Positions 1-14,237 of a stretch of 64,000 bases of DNA are shown here, in pieces; within the stretch, counting starts at the first letter, position 1; each line of letters starts with the position of its first letter. The position numbers and the translations under genes are program-made. The notes under the pieces are model-generated. The model was not told where the DNA came from. It did not search any database and worked only from the letters and a program-made list of their open reading frames with translations. Source of the stretch: Eledone cirrhosa (lineage: Eukaryota); contig OZ024740.1 in assembly GCA_964016885.1 (NCBI GenBank), positions 352,966,001-353,030,000 on the forward strand, written 5' to 3'.

Positions 1-259
1 TGATTCCTTTAGTAGGAATATTTTTGAATGAACATATTTTCCTTACTTATTCGTGTTTGCTGTTGTATTGTCAGTGCAAACGTATGTTAAGGTTTATTTA
101 GTTCGGGTTTTTATTTTCTAAAGTAGAAGGTGTTATGTGTGTGTGTATATGTCATATTATGGTGTTGACATAATGTATATTAAACCTTATTTAATGTTGG
201 TCTATATTTTTGAATAAACATATTTTCCTTTTTTTGTTCGCATTTGTTCTGTTGTATTG

Positions 260-898
260 TTAGCGCAAAGGTAAAATGGGAAGACTTTGGAATTTGGGTG
301 TCTTATTACTTGCGCAAATGTCTAGATGTGCGCTTAGTGGTATCTGTCTCGTGGTTGGATCTCGTAATTGTTGGCGATGAACTGTCATTCTGTTTCTGAG
401 TGTGAGTTTAGTTTGTCCTATATAATCTTCATTGCATCCTTTACATTTAATGGCATAAATTAGATTTTTTGATGAGCAAGTGAAGTAATTTTTTACAGTA
501 AAATTTTGTCCTGATTTAAATGTATACGTGTTGCCTTCAATGAGGTGAGTGCAGGTTCCACAATTAGAGCGACCACATTTTTTGATACTTGGTTGTGGGT
601 TTGTGGTAGGTAATTTGGCATTGGTGAGTAATGTTTTCAGTGATTTTGGTTGTCTTTTGCTTTTGATTATTTTGTGTGTTTCAAGGGCTTTTTTCATTCT
701 TGGGTTTTGTTTTAGTAGTGGGATGTTATTGTGAATAGTGTTGTAAGCTTCCGCATTTCTTGGGTTGTGTGTTGAGATATATGATAGAATATTGGACGTA
801 CCTTGAATTTGTTTCTGTTTCCGTAATTCATCAATGCCTATTGCTTTAGCCCTTTCTATTCCATTCGAGCCACTTTTTCCATATAAAACAACTAACAT
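260..898 (-). mobile_element. Penelope-like retroelement 3' fragment (GIY-YIG endonuclease)
   Basis: The ORF has CGRSNCGTC, then FTCSSKNLIYAIKCKGCNEDYIGQT..LRNRMTVH, the Cys cluster and GIY-YIG motif typical of PLEs. Positions 1-250 repeat a related 3' segment. Confidence 0.85.
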
Positions 899-949
899 TC
901 AGAGACCAACCAGATGTGAGAAAAACCACAGACTCTCCATCTCAACTCA

Positions 950-987
950 CCTTTTGAAAAGCAGAAGAACTGCGAAACCGGTAAAGG
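950..987 (+). ncRNA. degenerate minimal type-I hammerhead motif next to the PLE
   Basis: cctt-TTGAAAA (mutated CTGANGA)-gcag/ctgc stem II-GAAA-CCGG-TA-aagg. The catalytic core is mutated. Confidence 0.45.
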
Positions 988-1687
988 AACCAAATAAATA
1001 TATATATTTAAAAAAAAAAAAAGACTGCAGTTGCATTTTCGATTTCATCTCTTTTTCTTTATATATATATATATGTATATACATACGTGTGCGTGTGTGT
1101 GTGTGTATTTGAATTTCGTATTTCTAAAGAAATACGGCATGTTTATAAATAAACGTTGTTTAGAAAGCCATAGCTATGAATAACAAACACACTGGCAGCT
1201 AACGCCACCAGGCGGTGCCCAGCAGAAGCAAGGGGGACAATCGTCGATGCATTTCGAACTCAATTGGTTCTTGTCAAGACGATCTCTCCGCTCTTGCAAC
1301 TGCTGGACTTTGAAAACAGGCGAAAATATATAGTTTTTTCGTCTGTGTAAATGAGGTGATTAATCACATTTGCATATGAAGCTGTATAAGTTGGCTCAAC
1401 TTATAATATAATAGTATTAGGATTTAACTTCGAACATAGCTGTATACAAATATGTATTTTTACGCCAAGTTAGTGTTTGTTACAATAGTTGGATACCTAT
1501 TTTTGATCAATAATAGAAAGTAATTGCTCCACAGAATAAATACTAACTGTAGTTTTGTTCGGCAAACCACTAAACTTAGTCAACTGTATTAAAATATTCT
1601 GATTTTTAAAACATACAAGATAACATATGTGATACATATGCAAACTACAATGACATTAATATGCTATTCTTGCTTATATTTTTGCAG

Positions 1688-1708
1688 CAATGACAAGTGC
1701 CCAAGGGT
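1688..1708 (+). CDS. micro-exon gene, exon A (21 nt, xMTSAQG; possible end of a signal peptide)
   Basis: tttttgcag|CAATGACAAGTGCCCAAGGGT|gtaagt. Phase 1-1 and in frame with the downstream exons. Confidence 0.6.
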
Positions 1709-1819
1709 GTAAGTAATTATAACTTTATCATATATTATTATTACTATTATTGTTATAATTATTATTACAAATTTCACATCTATTTCCATCACATCTATTA
1801 TTATTATTAGTAGTATAAG

Positions 1820-1966
1820 GGCGGTGGATTGACAGTATCGGTAGAGAGTCGGACACGATGCTTTGCAGTATAGAGTCACGTCCCTTTATGGTCTGAGTTC
1901 AAATCCTGCCGAGGTTAACTTTGCCTTTCATCCTTACGGGGTTGATAAAATAAAGCACCAGTAACG
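1820..1966 (+). mobile_element. tRNA-derived SINE
   Basis: A-box-like TGACAGTATCGG, B-box GAGTTCAAATCC and the family body ctttgcctttcatccttacgggg. There are many copies in the window. Confidence 0.8.
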
Positions 1967-2115
1967 TAGCCCATGGATGGATTTATCATATGACATAAAT
2001 ATTGTTTATATATTTCATGTGAAAATATCAACAATGCTTTCTATTTCAAAGTGTTTAATTAAGATTTAACATCGACAAAATGATATATAAACTATGTTTT
2101 TCTTCTTTTTTTTAG

Positions 2116-2133
2116 GGACTACGCATCATTATG
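2116..2133 (+). CDS. micro-exon B (18 nt, WTTHHY)
   Basis: Long pyrimidine tract, tag|GGACTACGCATCATTATG|gtaagt, phase 1-1. Confidence 0.7.
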
Positions 2134-2476
2134 GTAAGTGATATTCTATTAAAATTTACTGATTTTTATTCACTGGTAGATATAATTATATATAAATCAT
2201 AAACGTTACATTCTAGAGTGATAGTTTTAGCAAAATCAATATTTTGAAAAGGATTGTTAGTGTTGGCAGTATCGGTAAAGAGTCGAATTTTATACATACA
2301 TACATATATATATATATTTATTTATTCATTTTCTGGTTTCAGTCATTAAACTGCCGTTATGCTCGGGTATCGTGTTGATTTAGTCGATCCTATCAATTCC
2401 AGTACAGGTCATTTTGTCTTTCCTACATTTGAAATCTATAAATAAAGCAGCAGTTATATACTGGATAGATTCTTCA

Positions 2477-2530
<54 letters not shown>

Positions 2531-2778
2531 CTTTCTCTGCAAGCAATCAACTACGTTCAGATCTGGAGATAGATGAATTTTGCCATGTTCAAATATCCAA
2601 GACACATTATGACGTTATCTATCAGGAGCTTAGAGCCCATGGATGGATTGATCGTATCAATTCCAGTACAGGTCATTTTGTCTTTCCTACATTTGAGATC
2701 TATAAATAAAGCAGCAGTTATATACTGGATAGATTCTTCAACAATCCCTCTCTTTCTCTCTCTCAGCCACACGCACTT

Positions 2779-2848
<70 letters not shown>

Positions 2849-3072
2849 GGCTCTTTCACGACCTCACCCCTTTCTCTGCAAGCAATCAACTACGTTCAGA
2901 TCTGGAGATAGATGAATTTTGCCATGTTCAAATATCCAAGACACATTATGACGTTGCCTCTCAGAATCTATCAGGAGCTTAGAGCCCATGGATGGATTGA
3001 TCATATGACATAAATATTTATTTAACATCGACAAAATGATATATAAACTATGTTTTTCTTCTTTTTTTTCAG

Positions 3073-3093
3073 ATATGAGTAAGCCTCATTATG
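3073..3093 (+). CDS. micro-exon C (21 nt, DMSKPHY)
   Basis: ttttttttcag|ATATGAGTAAGCCTCATTATG|gtaagt, phase 1-1. Confidence 0.72.
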
Positions 3094-3221
3094 GTAAGTG
3101 ATATTCTATTAAAATTTACTGATTTTTATTCACTGGTAGATATAATTATATATAAATCATAAACGTTACATTTTAGAGTGATAGTTTTACCAAAATCAAT
3201 ATTTTGAAAAGGATTGTTAGT

Positions 3222-3430
3222 GTTGGCAGTATCGGTAAAGAGTCGGATACCATGTTTTGAAGCATAGAGTTACGTCCCTTTATGATCTGAGTTCAAATCC
3301 TGCCGAGGCTAACTTTGCCTTTCATCCTTACGGGGTCGATAAAATAAAGCACCAGTAACGTACTGGGGTCGATTTAATCGACTTTCCTCGTCCCCCAAAT
3401 TACTGGCCTTGTGCCTATAGTAGAAATCAT
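3222..3430 (+). mobile_element. tRNA-derived SINE
   Basis: Same family with the full tail gtcgatttaatcgac...ggccttgtgcctatagtagaaa. Confidence 0.85.
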
Positions 3431-3499
3431 TATTAGTAGTAGTATAGGTTGTCCAGATTTTCAAACGGTCACCTATTCAGAGGAGGGGGCTCTCAAGAG

Positions 3500-3905
3500 A
3501 GAGTTTAGAGTATCAGGGCTCTGATCAATTTAGAACAGCTGGCTTCGGTCTCTTCGTCAGAGGCTGGATCGCTGCAATGCACAGCAGCATCTACTCGGTG
3601 GTCAGAGTTAATGGCCATCTTTCGGAACCGTTTCAGATCTCTCGATCGGTTCGTCAAGGGTGCCCTCTCTCCTCCCTTCTGTACGTATTGACTCTCGAGC
3701 CTTTACTGCGGAGGCTGGAGCTGTTGCAGGATATCCTGCTCCAACTAGGACGTGGAAGGGTGGTGTCGGCATATGCAGACGACATCACCGTAGTGGTATC
3801 GAACACCTGCTTGGAGGAATATGAAAGGTTGACGAGAGCAAAACTAAACCCGGAAAAGTCGGTGGGCTTTTGGCTCGGCATCTCGAGAGACAAGTCCATG
3901 CCGCA
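3500..3905 (+). mobile_element. L1/Tx1-like LINE reverse transcriptase fragment
   Basis: VRVNGHLSEPFQISRSVRQGCPLSSLLYVL...VSAYADDITV. Confidence 0.85.
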
Positions 3906-4246
3906 AATGGTAATATGTTGCCCATGAAGAATTGTAGCTAGCTTTTACATGGGATACATGAATAAATCCAAATTTTGGAGCTAAAAATAGGTGTGGGGTA
4001 ACTTTTAGATGAAATCGAATTTTACACATACATACATATATATATATATTTATTTATTCATTTTCTGGTTTTAGTCATTAAACTGCCGTTATGCTCGGGT
4101 ATCGTGTTGATTTAGTCGATCCTATCAATTCCAGTACAGGTCATTTTGTCTTTCCTACATTTGAGATCTATAAATAAAGCAGCAGTTATATACTGGATAG
4201 ATTCTTCAACAATCCCTCTCTTTCTCTCTCTCAGCCACACGCACTT

Positions 4247-4357
<111 letters not shown>

Positions 4358-4581
4358 GGCTCTTTCACGACCTCACCCCTTTCTCTGCAAGCAATCAACT
4401 ACGTTCAGATCTGGAGATAGATGAATTTTGCCATGTTCAAATATCCAAGACACATTATGACGTTGCCTCTCAGAATCTATCAGGAGCTTAGAGCCCATGG
4501 ATGGATTGATCATATGACATAAATATTTATTTAACATCGACAAAATGATATATAAACTATGTTTTTCTTCTTTTTTTTCAG

Positions 4582-4602
4582 ATAAGACTACGCATCATTA
4601 TG
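4582..4602 (+). CDS. micro-exon D (21 nt, DKTTHHY)
   Basis: ttttttttcag|ATAAGACTACGCATCATTATG|gtaagt, phase 1-1. Confidence 0.72.
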
Positions 4603-4727
4603 GTAAGTGATATTCTATTAAAATTTACTGATTTTTATTTACTGGTAGATATAATTATATATAAATCATAAACGTTACATTCTAGTATAGTTTTACCAAA
4701 ATCAATATTTTGAAAAGGATTGTTAGT

Positions 4728-4910
4728 GTTGGCAGTATCGGTAAAGAGTCGGATACCATGTTTTGAAGCATAGAGTTACGTCCCTTTATGATCTGAGTTC
4801 AAATCCCGCCGAGGTTAACTTTGCCTTTCATCCTTACGGGGTCGATAAAATAAAGTACCAGTAATGCACTGGGTAATTGCTGGCCTTGTGCCTAAAGTAG
4901 AAACAATTAT
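4728..4910 (+). mobile_element. tRNA-derived SINE
   Basis: Same family as 3222-3430. Confidence 0.85.
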
Positions 4911-5249
4911 TACTTTTATATTATTAAAGGGAAACATAGCGCTACTATTTGTTCGATGGATATTTTAAGATTGTCGAGCATACTCCACTATTGAAAATAT
5001 TCAAACAAAATCCCTGTTCCACCCATCGCCCAAACATTTACGAATATTGTATTCTAGCTGAACATCAGATACGCCAGAGCAGAAGTTAGATGAAAGAAAA
5101 AGACCGAGCAATTGAAGATGGAAGGGGGAGATGAAAGTCAGTCTTTGGGTAGATGGAACATGTGTCTTAAATGTTCTTTATTTTATTTGAAAATATCAAC
5201 AATGTTTTCTGTAATTTATAGTGTTAATTAGAATCGATCATTGCTATAA

Positions 5250-5652
5250 GAATATGTCAGTAAATGAAATATATACCACAGACGACAATATATCTTTCAA
5301 AGAAATAAAGAAACCCTCCAAATATAAAGATCTAGAGATAGACGTAACTCGAATGTGAAAAATGAAAACAGAAACAATACATATAATAATAGGTGCTCTG
5401 TGATTGATTAAAAAAACACACACACAGACAAATACATAACCCAAACGCCAGGACTTACAAATATATAGAGCATACAAAAAATAGCAATACTAGGCACTGC
5501 AAATGTATTACGAAAAGTACTATCAATACAATAGAACCAACACCAGCAAAAACTACACTGCCCATATCCAAGGCACATAGAGCTGTGCTCGGTAAAGTAG
5601 CAATGATGCGCAATAAAACTAATAATGGAAATAATAATAATAATAATAATAA
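5250..5652 (+). mobile_element. 3' end of an R4/Dong-like REL-endonuclease LINE with (TAA)n tail
   Basis: Degenerate KYKDLEIDVTRM..IIIGAL..IQKIAILGTANVLRKVLSI followed by taa repeats. Confidence 0.75.
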
Positions 5653-5654
5653 CC

Positions 5655-8600
5655 ATCAAGAAATAGCGGGTTTGCATCCAGCGAGAAATAGTCGTATCCT
5701 ATGGGTAGGATGAACCGTATAGTCTTGATTAATATTAATTCTAGCAGGGGTAAATCGAAATGATAACCACTTGACGGCTAAGGATAAAAATGCAACAAAA
5801 CTGATACAATGTCAAATAATGAAAAAAAATCATACTGGATCAGCTGTTTCCCAGGTCCCTAAGGACCAGGTCCCCCAGAGAGGAACCAGTCTGGGGTCGA
5901 AACCTCAGCCACAGGTTCAATCCTTCCCATGAACTCGGAGCAGGAGACCTTCCATAACAAGAATACTCCAACTAATGGTTCTTCATGCTCACCACAAATA
6001 AATCAAAAGAAAAAGAGAGAAAAAATGGTCAATGGAAGACACTAAATAAGTCCTTGAAGCTTTATTTACTGCCATATACTTCTCACAAAACAGATAGAAT
6101 ACAGAACAAACATACATCAATTGGAGAAAGAAACACCACAAAAACGGAGCTTATATTAACAGTAACCAATTTGCTAATATCTGAAGAAACATCATTAAAA
6201 AGAAGTTGCTAACTGATATAGAAATCGATCAGATCAGGCAATGAATACAGTCAACGAAGGGAAAATGAAATGTGTCATTGAAAGCCAAGTTAATTGCAAC
6301 ATTTTAGAGCCCATGACAGTAGTGGAATCAATGGTAGCAGAACAAATTAATGAAATGATCGAAAATGTGAGAAAATTATCTCACCAAACTGAAAACAATG
6401 AACGGAATATCATTATTGATATTCAGAAGAAATGAATCCTAATGAAATTGCTGATTTGAAGAATAAAATTATGATTGAGTAGATGAAATTGAGTAGACGA
6501 AGGAAATCGACATTGATGGTCGAGCTAACCTCCCTAAGATCGAAAATTCCTAATAAAACCAATAAGTAAGATTCTCATAGCCTTCAAAGGCATTATCGCC
6601 ATAAACACGCTAAATATTAAAATATCTTTATTATGCACCGGGTAAAGTTACCACTCATTTATGTGGAATGAAAATGAAAAAGCAAAGGAATATTCACAAA
6701 TAAAAAACTGCTCAGCATGAGAAAATCAATCGGCAAATAAACATTCTCCGATCTAACATAGAAAGTTTAGCAAACCACAAAGAAGGTGAACATACTAAAC
6801 AATCTAAATCTCAAATATTGACATAAACATGATAGAAACAATCAAGCAAAAAGTGTCGTCCAAAGCTACTCATGTAAGGCGCTTTGTAAAACGTTCCAGA
6901 TTCTGTAAGGACAATAATATGTTTGAAAACAACCGCAAAACGTTTACATAACTGTTAAATCAATACCATTCAAGGAAGAAGTACAACGATTTTGGAGAAA
7001 AATCTGAGCCGAAGGGAAAGTTCATAATGTGCATGCTCCAACGATAGACAGACAAATGACAAATAGAAGTCACCTCGAAGAACAGAAATGAGAAGACATA
7101 ATAATTGAACATCTACGTTCGGCTATTAGAAAATCAAGCAAATGGAAATCTCCAGGGAAAGACAAAATACTCTCATGTGCTCGTAGCTCAACTTTATAAT
7201 GAAGAGATACCTCCATGGCCAGTTAACGGAATCACATTCTTACTTCCGAAGAGTTCTGAAAGAAATAATCCCCAAAATTATAGACCCATAACTTGCTTGA
7301 CCACAATGTATAAATTCTAACTGAATATGTATATGATAATATCAAATGAGTTATTTCCCAATGAGCAGAAATGTTGTAAATATCAGCTTTTGATTAACAA
7401 ATAATAGACACACCAATCTATCAACTGCTTGGATAGATTACCAAAAAACAATTGATAGCTAACCACAGTTGGATTGAAAAGTATTTAGAGATTTTCCTAT
7501 TATTCAATATAAAATCATGGAGAATAACATTCATTTTGAATCGTGAAAACAAATCTCTAAATACAGGAGAAGTTGACATTACTTGTGGAAATGTTCAAGG
7601 ATACTCTGTATCACCGCTTTTATTTTGTTTCGCACTTATACTCGTAAATAAAATTATCAATGAAACTAAACATGGATATTGAGTTTATGTCAAAATTATA
7701 AATTACTTGTTCTACATGGATGATTTGAAGCTATTTGCAAACATGACGAGCAATTGCAAGGGCTATTATCCACTGTAAAGCAATTCAGTGATGATATTAA
7801 AATGAAATTTGAACTAGATAATTGCACCAAAGCCTCATTAGAGGAAAGCTGTTAAAAACCTCAGATATTATTCTTGATCAGGGCAAAGGGATAGAACTTG
7901 AACACGAATAAACTTATAAATATCTAGGTGCGTGTGAAGGAGACGGAATCAAACACTCGGCAATGAAGGAAAAGATAAAGAAGGAATGTTACTGCAAAGT
8001 AAGAGCAATTTTAAGTTTAGAACTAAATGCAAGGAATAGGATTGATGCCATAAACACATTTGCCATTCCAGTAGTAACTTACAATTTCAATATCATTAAC
8101 TGGTCAAGCGCAGAGATCCATAAACTGGTTACAAAAGTTAGAAAACTATTAACCATGCACAAAATGCATCACCCCAAGGCAGACATAGACAGATTATATC
8201 TCCCTAGAAAAGAAAGAGGTCGTGAATTAATCATCCAGTTAGATATTTCTTTGAAAACTGCAACAACTGAATTATCTATCTATTTAAAGGAATCAAATGA
8301 TTGGATGCTTAAACTTGTCATGAAACATAAAAAATTACAAATTATGCGCACAGATGCTCTAATGAACTACAAATGTCAGAGAGAGGTTCCCTTCAATGAT
8401 GAAATGAAAACAACCACAGAAAATTCAAAGCAGGTAAAAATAATTGGAAAGAATTATTAAAGAAACTGACTGAGAAATGGCAAGAAAAGCTTTTGCATAG
8501 AAAATACCAAGAGAGAACTAACAAACCTGGTGCTGACAAAACTTTAACCTATGACATCAGTGTCTACCAACAAAGCTATCAAGCCAATATCATAAAAAGT

Positions 8601-9060
8601 GAAAGCGACTCATTATGTCGTGTGTGTAAAGAACAACCAGAGACCATTGATCCTATAATTTCAATGTGCAGTCTTTTATTACCTTAAGACACACGGCAAA
8701 GCTACAAAATATACACATTGAATAATATGCAAATATTTTGATCTCTCATCAAAAGATCTAGTAGGAGCATCAAACACCTCCCTTACCTGAAAAAGGTCAC
8801 ATTTCAATTTTGGCGTTCAAACAGACAGGAAAATAGATGCTAATAGGTCTGACATAATATTGAAAGATTTTCAACAGAATGTATGCCTGACTGTTCCTAA
8901 TTGGCATGACTGTTCTTGAAGGCAAGAATGTACTTGTAAAATAATTTGACAAATCGGGCAAATATAAAGACCTGGAAATAGAGCTTGGAAAAATATGGAA
9001 GTTGAGAGCGAAAATCATACCAATTGTTGTGGGTGCTCTAGGAATGATACTTAAGGTGGG
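5655..9060 (+). mobile_element. long degenerate R4/Dong-like non-LTR retrotransposon (RT, CCHC, REL endonuclease)
   Basis: The fragments are in order: NYRPITCLTTMYK, QG..SPLLFC, YMDDLKL, HHPKADIDRLYLPRKERGR, CRVCKEQPETIDPIISMC, KYKDLEIEL. There are many stops and frameshifts. Confidence 0.85.
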
Positions 9061-10031
9061 GAGGGGGGTCTAATGATTACTTATCCTAAATCCTCCTATC
9101 CTGACGCAGCCCTTCTCTGTCCCCGCTCGATCGGGATGCCGTGCAACAGCTTTGGTTTTCGCAGTATTGGTTCAAACGCAGTATTGGTTTAAACGAGGGC
9201 ATCCTTGACTAATCGAGCGCGTGATCTGAAAAGCTTCCTATATGTGGCGATTCACTCTGACCATCAAGCAGATGCTGCTGTGCATTGAAACTATCCAAAA
9301 TCTGAAGAAGGGATCGAAAATGGCTGCCTTAAGTAACGATGCCCGAATCTATTGAAAGCTTTCGGTTGATCCTAATTGATCTGAGCTTCACGAAACTAGG
9401 TATACGGGAGGACTTTCAAATAACGGAAAACCGCACAGATTCATGACAACAGTAATTGCCTTCATGCAACTAACTTTCTTCAACCTAGAGGCTCATGCCA
9501 AGTGTAAAAACACCCACGCTTGCCCTTTTTGCGACAGTCAATAGCATTTAAAAGAAATTACTAGGGAAGAGCATATCACTCTTTCCCATTACCCTCCCCT
9601 TTTAATAGGAACATGATAAGGTTGATAACGGCCTCACTGAATAGGAAAGTGTCTGTCCACTATCCACCAAAATCTTGTCCATCATACGATCTCTTTCGCC
9701 ATAGCCATCATACAGGGAAAAACTGTCTCTCTTTCCATGTTTAAAGAGGGTGGTGAAGAAGTCTTCTCGATGAAAACGGTAGGTAATCATACCTCTCGTA
9801 ATACGACAACAGATGTTTGATAGAACACTTATATACAATTATGCGAAACGATAAAAACTAGGGGGCAAAGATTGGAATGAATACTGTTGGAATAATAAAG
9901 ACAAGGTTGTACAAAAATATAGGAGATGGTTAAAAAATGTTATATAACTATTGTTTGAGAAAAGTACATACAGAAAAAAATTACGCTTTACATCCACATA
10001 TGCTTGGCTTAGAGGAACCCAAATTATTACT

Positions 10032-10250
10032 GCGGTGGATTGGCAGAATCGGTAGAGCGTCGGATAACATGCTTAGTGGCATAGAGTTACGGCCTTTTAC
10101 GTTCTGAGTTCAAATCTCGCCGAGATTAGCTTTACCTGTCAAACTTAAGGGGTCGATAAAATAAAGCACCAGTGATGCATTGGCGTCGATATAATTGATT
10201 CTCCCCTTCCCTTCAAATTGCTGGCCTTCAGCCTAAAGTAGAAACAATTA
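10032..10250 (+). mobile_element. tRNA-derived SINE
   Basis: gcggtggattggcagaatcggtagagcgtcgg...gagttcaaatc...aaagtagaaacaatt. Confidence 0.85.
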
Positions 10251-10450
10251 TTACTCGCCAATCATTGTACACCGAATAGTGCCAGTTATCATACCTTGTG
10301 TCAGATTAACTAAAATCGTTCCCACGTCCACAGGCTACTTTTTATTTTAGTATGTAATCATAGTTGGTGATTGTTTTAAACAGAAGTATGTTGCATTTTG
10401 TACAATATAATTATAACCATGACATGACATATTTTTTTTGGTTCTTTTAG

Positions 10451-10468
10451 AAATGAACTCGCCGAACG
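10451..10468 (+). CDS. micro-exon E (18 nt, EMNSPN)
   Basis: ttcttttag|AAATGAACTCGCCGAACG|gtaagt. The downstream intron resembles those after exons B-D (attatatataaatcat..ttacattct). Confidence 0.68.
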
Positions 10469-11339
10469 GTAAGTGAAAGTTATTCAATTTCAATGAAGTT
10501 TTGTGTTTCATGGATATATATCATCATTATATATAAATCATTTTACATTCTGGACTGATAGATCTACCAAGATTCATATTTCATTCAGTAACAACGATTG
10601 TTAGTGTAGAAACTTACTCCTATTCCAACCTCATATTATCATATTATGACAGTGAAATGAAACAGTATTATCTGGCTGTTGGATGTGTTAGCCATACTTC
10701 ATTCTACTGAAAATACCACTCAGGTATTTTTCAATGTAATCTGGTTGAACACGCAACATTTCATTCTAAGTATTTTAGGATGATTGTAAACATCATGAGA
10801 ACTTCTCGCCTGTCTATAATATATGATAACACAAAAATTTATTGGGATTTGTTGAAATAACTAAATATGAATACCACAATTCCCGGTGTGTGATTTGATG
10901 AACTAAACGAACGTGATGATATTAAAAGAAGAACAGTAATACAATATACATTATTGTATGCAACGTTTTATAAATTACTATATTTGAAAATGTATGATGA
11001 GTGACGGGGAGAGAGAGGACGGAGGGGAGAATATATACGAAGAGAGAGACAGGAGAGAATAGAGGCTATCAAGACAGTGGGAATTTAGACATATATTTGT
11101 GATTACACAGGTATATCAAGAAAAATGTGTTTAAGTACATTTTTTGAATATACTGAAATGTTCTAAAGCGGGAGTATATAGGAGTGTGGGATAAACACAT
11201 ATAAGGACAACATAGGTATAAAATGATATAATATAATACTGTGGACTGAGGTTTAATTCCCTTGAAGGAAGAATGGAAAGTTTGGATAAATAAAAAATTA
11301 CAAAACAGGGTAATAAATTCATAATAAATAATAGATAAC

Positions 11340-11770
11340 GAATGACTAAATGTTAAGGGTTAACAAACCTAATCATTAGAGATCGGGAATATAGGAGAAG
11401 ACCTCATATAATTTGGTCAAGATGAGCACCATAGCAAGTAGAATTTCAAGGCTTTCGACTGTGCATATCCCGAATGGTTTCATATTACCAGGATATGATG
11501 TCACTCTCTTGAAACTTTTCGAGCATAATTGGAAGGGTAGCAGGTTGTGTTTTAGTACCAAAATGTATACTGCTAGCAATGTTTGATTTGATTTATTGGG
11601 TAGAGTTAGAATATGTGGATAATACTTTATTTTGAGGGCGGTTAAAGTTACACTGATATACGATTTTGTGATGGATATAGTATTGATGAAGTATTGGGAG
11701 ACAATGTATTGGGTTTGGCCTTGTGCATTGGGGAACATGAGCTTAGGTTTAGTCAGTTGCAACATTTTCT
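11340..11770 (-). mobile_element. highly degenerate Penelope-like GIY-YIG fragment
   Basis: KSYISVT (YIG-like) and GICTVESLEIL (C..E..I C-terminal motif) have the same spacing as in the other PLE copies. Confidence 0.45.
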
Positions 11771-13062
11771 TTAAGTGATTTTGTTAAGCTTAGTGATACT
11801 GGATACTGATCGGATGTGGGCAATAATCTGATCTGTACACAGGGATACGCACATATGAGATTCAGCGACTTTTGTATTACAGGAAATACTTCGTAAATCA
11901 GAGACGACCATATTATTGCTAGCACACGTATATCCAGAGAGAGAGAGAGCGAGAGAGAGAGCGAGAGAGAGAGCGAGAGAGAGAGCGAGAGAGAGAGCGA
12001 GAGAGAGAGCGAGAGAGAGAGCGAGAGAGAGAGAGAGCAATCTTTTACAAGGAATATAGAGTCAAAGCAGAGCTCACACCATTAATATAGGAACGAGTCT
12101 CAACATGCTGCCACTGATACAATTTCATTAGAAGGATGTAATTATCAATACAAAGAGATCTGGAGAACATCTGTGAAAAGTATTTTCTTCTCAATACCCT
12201 ATTTGGATCATCAATGAAAACCTGGGCAAGATTCATGTTCTTTTCGTAGTATGTGAATATCATATCCATTGTTTCGTTACCAAAAGTGAAACCACATTAG
12301 AATTCAGAAAAGCATAAAATACAACGGATAAGAAAAATACTTGCCAAAAATGTGCAAATAGCTTACAGTAGAAAAATGCTATCTCTGTTCTTAGTGAATA
12401 CAGTAGATTTATACTTAGAAAACTGTTGATGCAGAACCTTTAGATCCATTGGCTTTCTCTATTAGATTGTACAGTTTTATAATCTCAATCATATCGGGAA
12501 ATATCTGAATTGGAGCGGTGAATGTATCTGGTTTATGTGTGTGACAGTGAATTTGCTTCTGTTTAATATATTTGCTGTGTTTGAATGTGCTTCCACGAGT
12601 CAATGTGTATATGTTTAAATAATTTATATATGCGATCGTATATGTATCATATTGTTTAAGTGTTCCGAGTGACGTTTCTAGACGCGTGAGTGTCTACTAT
12701 AGTGGGTTGTGGGCTGCATGTTAGTAAGAGTACGTTATTTAGAGTGAACATGTAAGTATTTTTCTTGTAGTTTAGTGTGTTTGTGTGTGCGCGTATACAA
12801 CAATATGACTGAACTCTAAACACTTGCTTCACGGAGTATTCTAAACCTTTACTTTAATTGTTAAACAATTGTATATGAATTTATTATATATAAACATTGC
12901 AATGGGCTTCATGTGAGTCTTGAAGGCATAACCGATGAACGTTGGACATAATTGAAATACTGTTAGAAATAATGTATTTGTGATAGGTTATCACGGTGAA
13001 ATGACTGCATTACTAACGATTTCTAGTGATATTATAAACTGATATAGTTTTTGTTTTTATAG

Positions 13063-13117
13063 CTTGTTCCAGGTATAGAGCCTGCATTCAACATATCTAT
13101 GGTGAAGCAATGTGCGA
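13063..13117 (+). CDS. exon F of the micro-exon gene (ACSRYRACIQHIYGEAMC)
   Basis: ttgtttttatag|...GA|gtaagt. 55 nt, phase 1 to 2, open frame. Confidence 0.75.
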
Positions 13118-13369
13118 GTAAGTGTTAAATTATGTTTTATCTGACGCAATTTGACTGGCCATTCGGAAATCAGTTTAATTATCAACTATAAGTCTTTACA
13201 GATGATTCTTCAGATATTATATCAATATGACTATTCAGTTTTCCACAAAACTATTTCTAATATATTCTGTGTAGCCGTATACCACATAGAATTTTCAGTG
13301 CAAAGATATTCTTACGCATATATATACAATATAAAAGTAATTCAATTAAAATAGATAAAGATCCCTTTT

Positions 13370-13670
13370 GGTAACAAATGGCCATGGGTTTTGTACCTAG
13401 AAAGTACCACTTCAAGGCACGGGCAAGGTGTTTATTGTGGAAACCAACATTTGCCTATCAATACCAGAATCATTTCTCCACGCCACGGATGTAGTCCAAA
13501 GAAATGGCAAAGCCGATACGGCTTGGCACAAGAGACATCGCAATTCATTTCTATAGATGAATGAACTGGAACAACGTCAAATAAATGACTTGTTCAAGGA
13601 CACAACGCATCGCCTGGTCCGGGAATCGTACTTACAATCGCCCGATTGTGACTCCAACGCTCAAACTAAT
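13370..13670 (-). mobile_element. probable SINE of a second family
   Basis: The reverse complement shows a tRNA-like head (gtacgattcccggaccagg..gcgttgtgtccttgaacaag), shared with 55070 and 59190. Confidence 0.55.
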
Positions 13671-14160
13671 AATCAACGGTTATTGTATATTCCAAGTTTA
13701 CAATATCTCAGAAAACGAGTTTTTATACCTAACGGTATATCATATCTAACATCTCTGACATAAAACAAAATCATATTTAATATATCCACTTTTGAAATAG
13801 TGAGCGTTTTGAGTTTGCACTTATCAATTCCACTGCACAATCTTTTGATTAACATAAAATGTTAGATAATTTACATTTTAGTGTTTTCAATATCACTTTC
13901 AAAACATTATTTTCTTTTGCTCCTGCACAAAAAAAATTTCATATAGCTCTCAAAAATCAATTTTCTCTATTTTTACATTCTTTAAGCTGTATCATATCTT
14001 TCGATAGACATTTATTGTTAAAAAGTTAAATGCAAATATCAAATGTTGAAACGTATTCTTTTTGTATCATAAACAAATAATAAGTAATGAAACAATGTCA
14101 AAATTAAAAAAAAACGTCGATTTTTGACTAACAATAATACATTTATTATTTTCTTATTAG

Positions 14161-14237
14161 GTCCAACATTTACAAATGCGCTAAAAAACATAGATGTTTT
14201 AATAAAGATACCGTGACTTGGGATATTAAGCTTAAAT
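14161..14237 (+). CDS. exon G (ESNIYKCAKKHRCFNKDTVTWDIKLK)
   Basis: ttttcttattag|...T|gtaagt. 77 nt, phase 2 to 1, matching both neighbours. Confidence 0.75.

Noticed and set aside
1661-1693. ATG CTA TTC TTG... as the start of the micro-exon gene
   Set aside because: This frame stops at TGA and is out of frame with exon A. The in-frame reading has TAA at 1657. The hydrophobic look comes from the pyrimidine tract.
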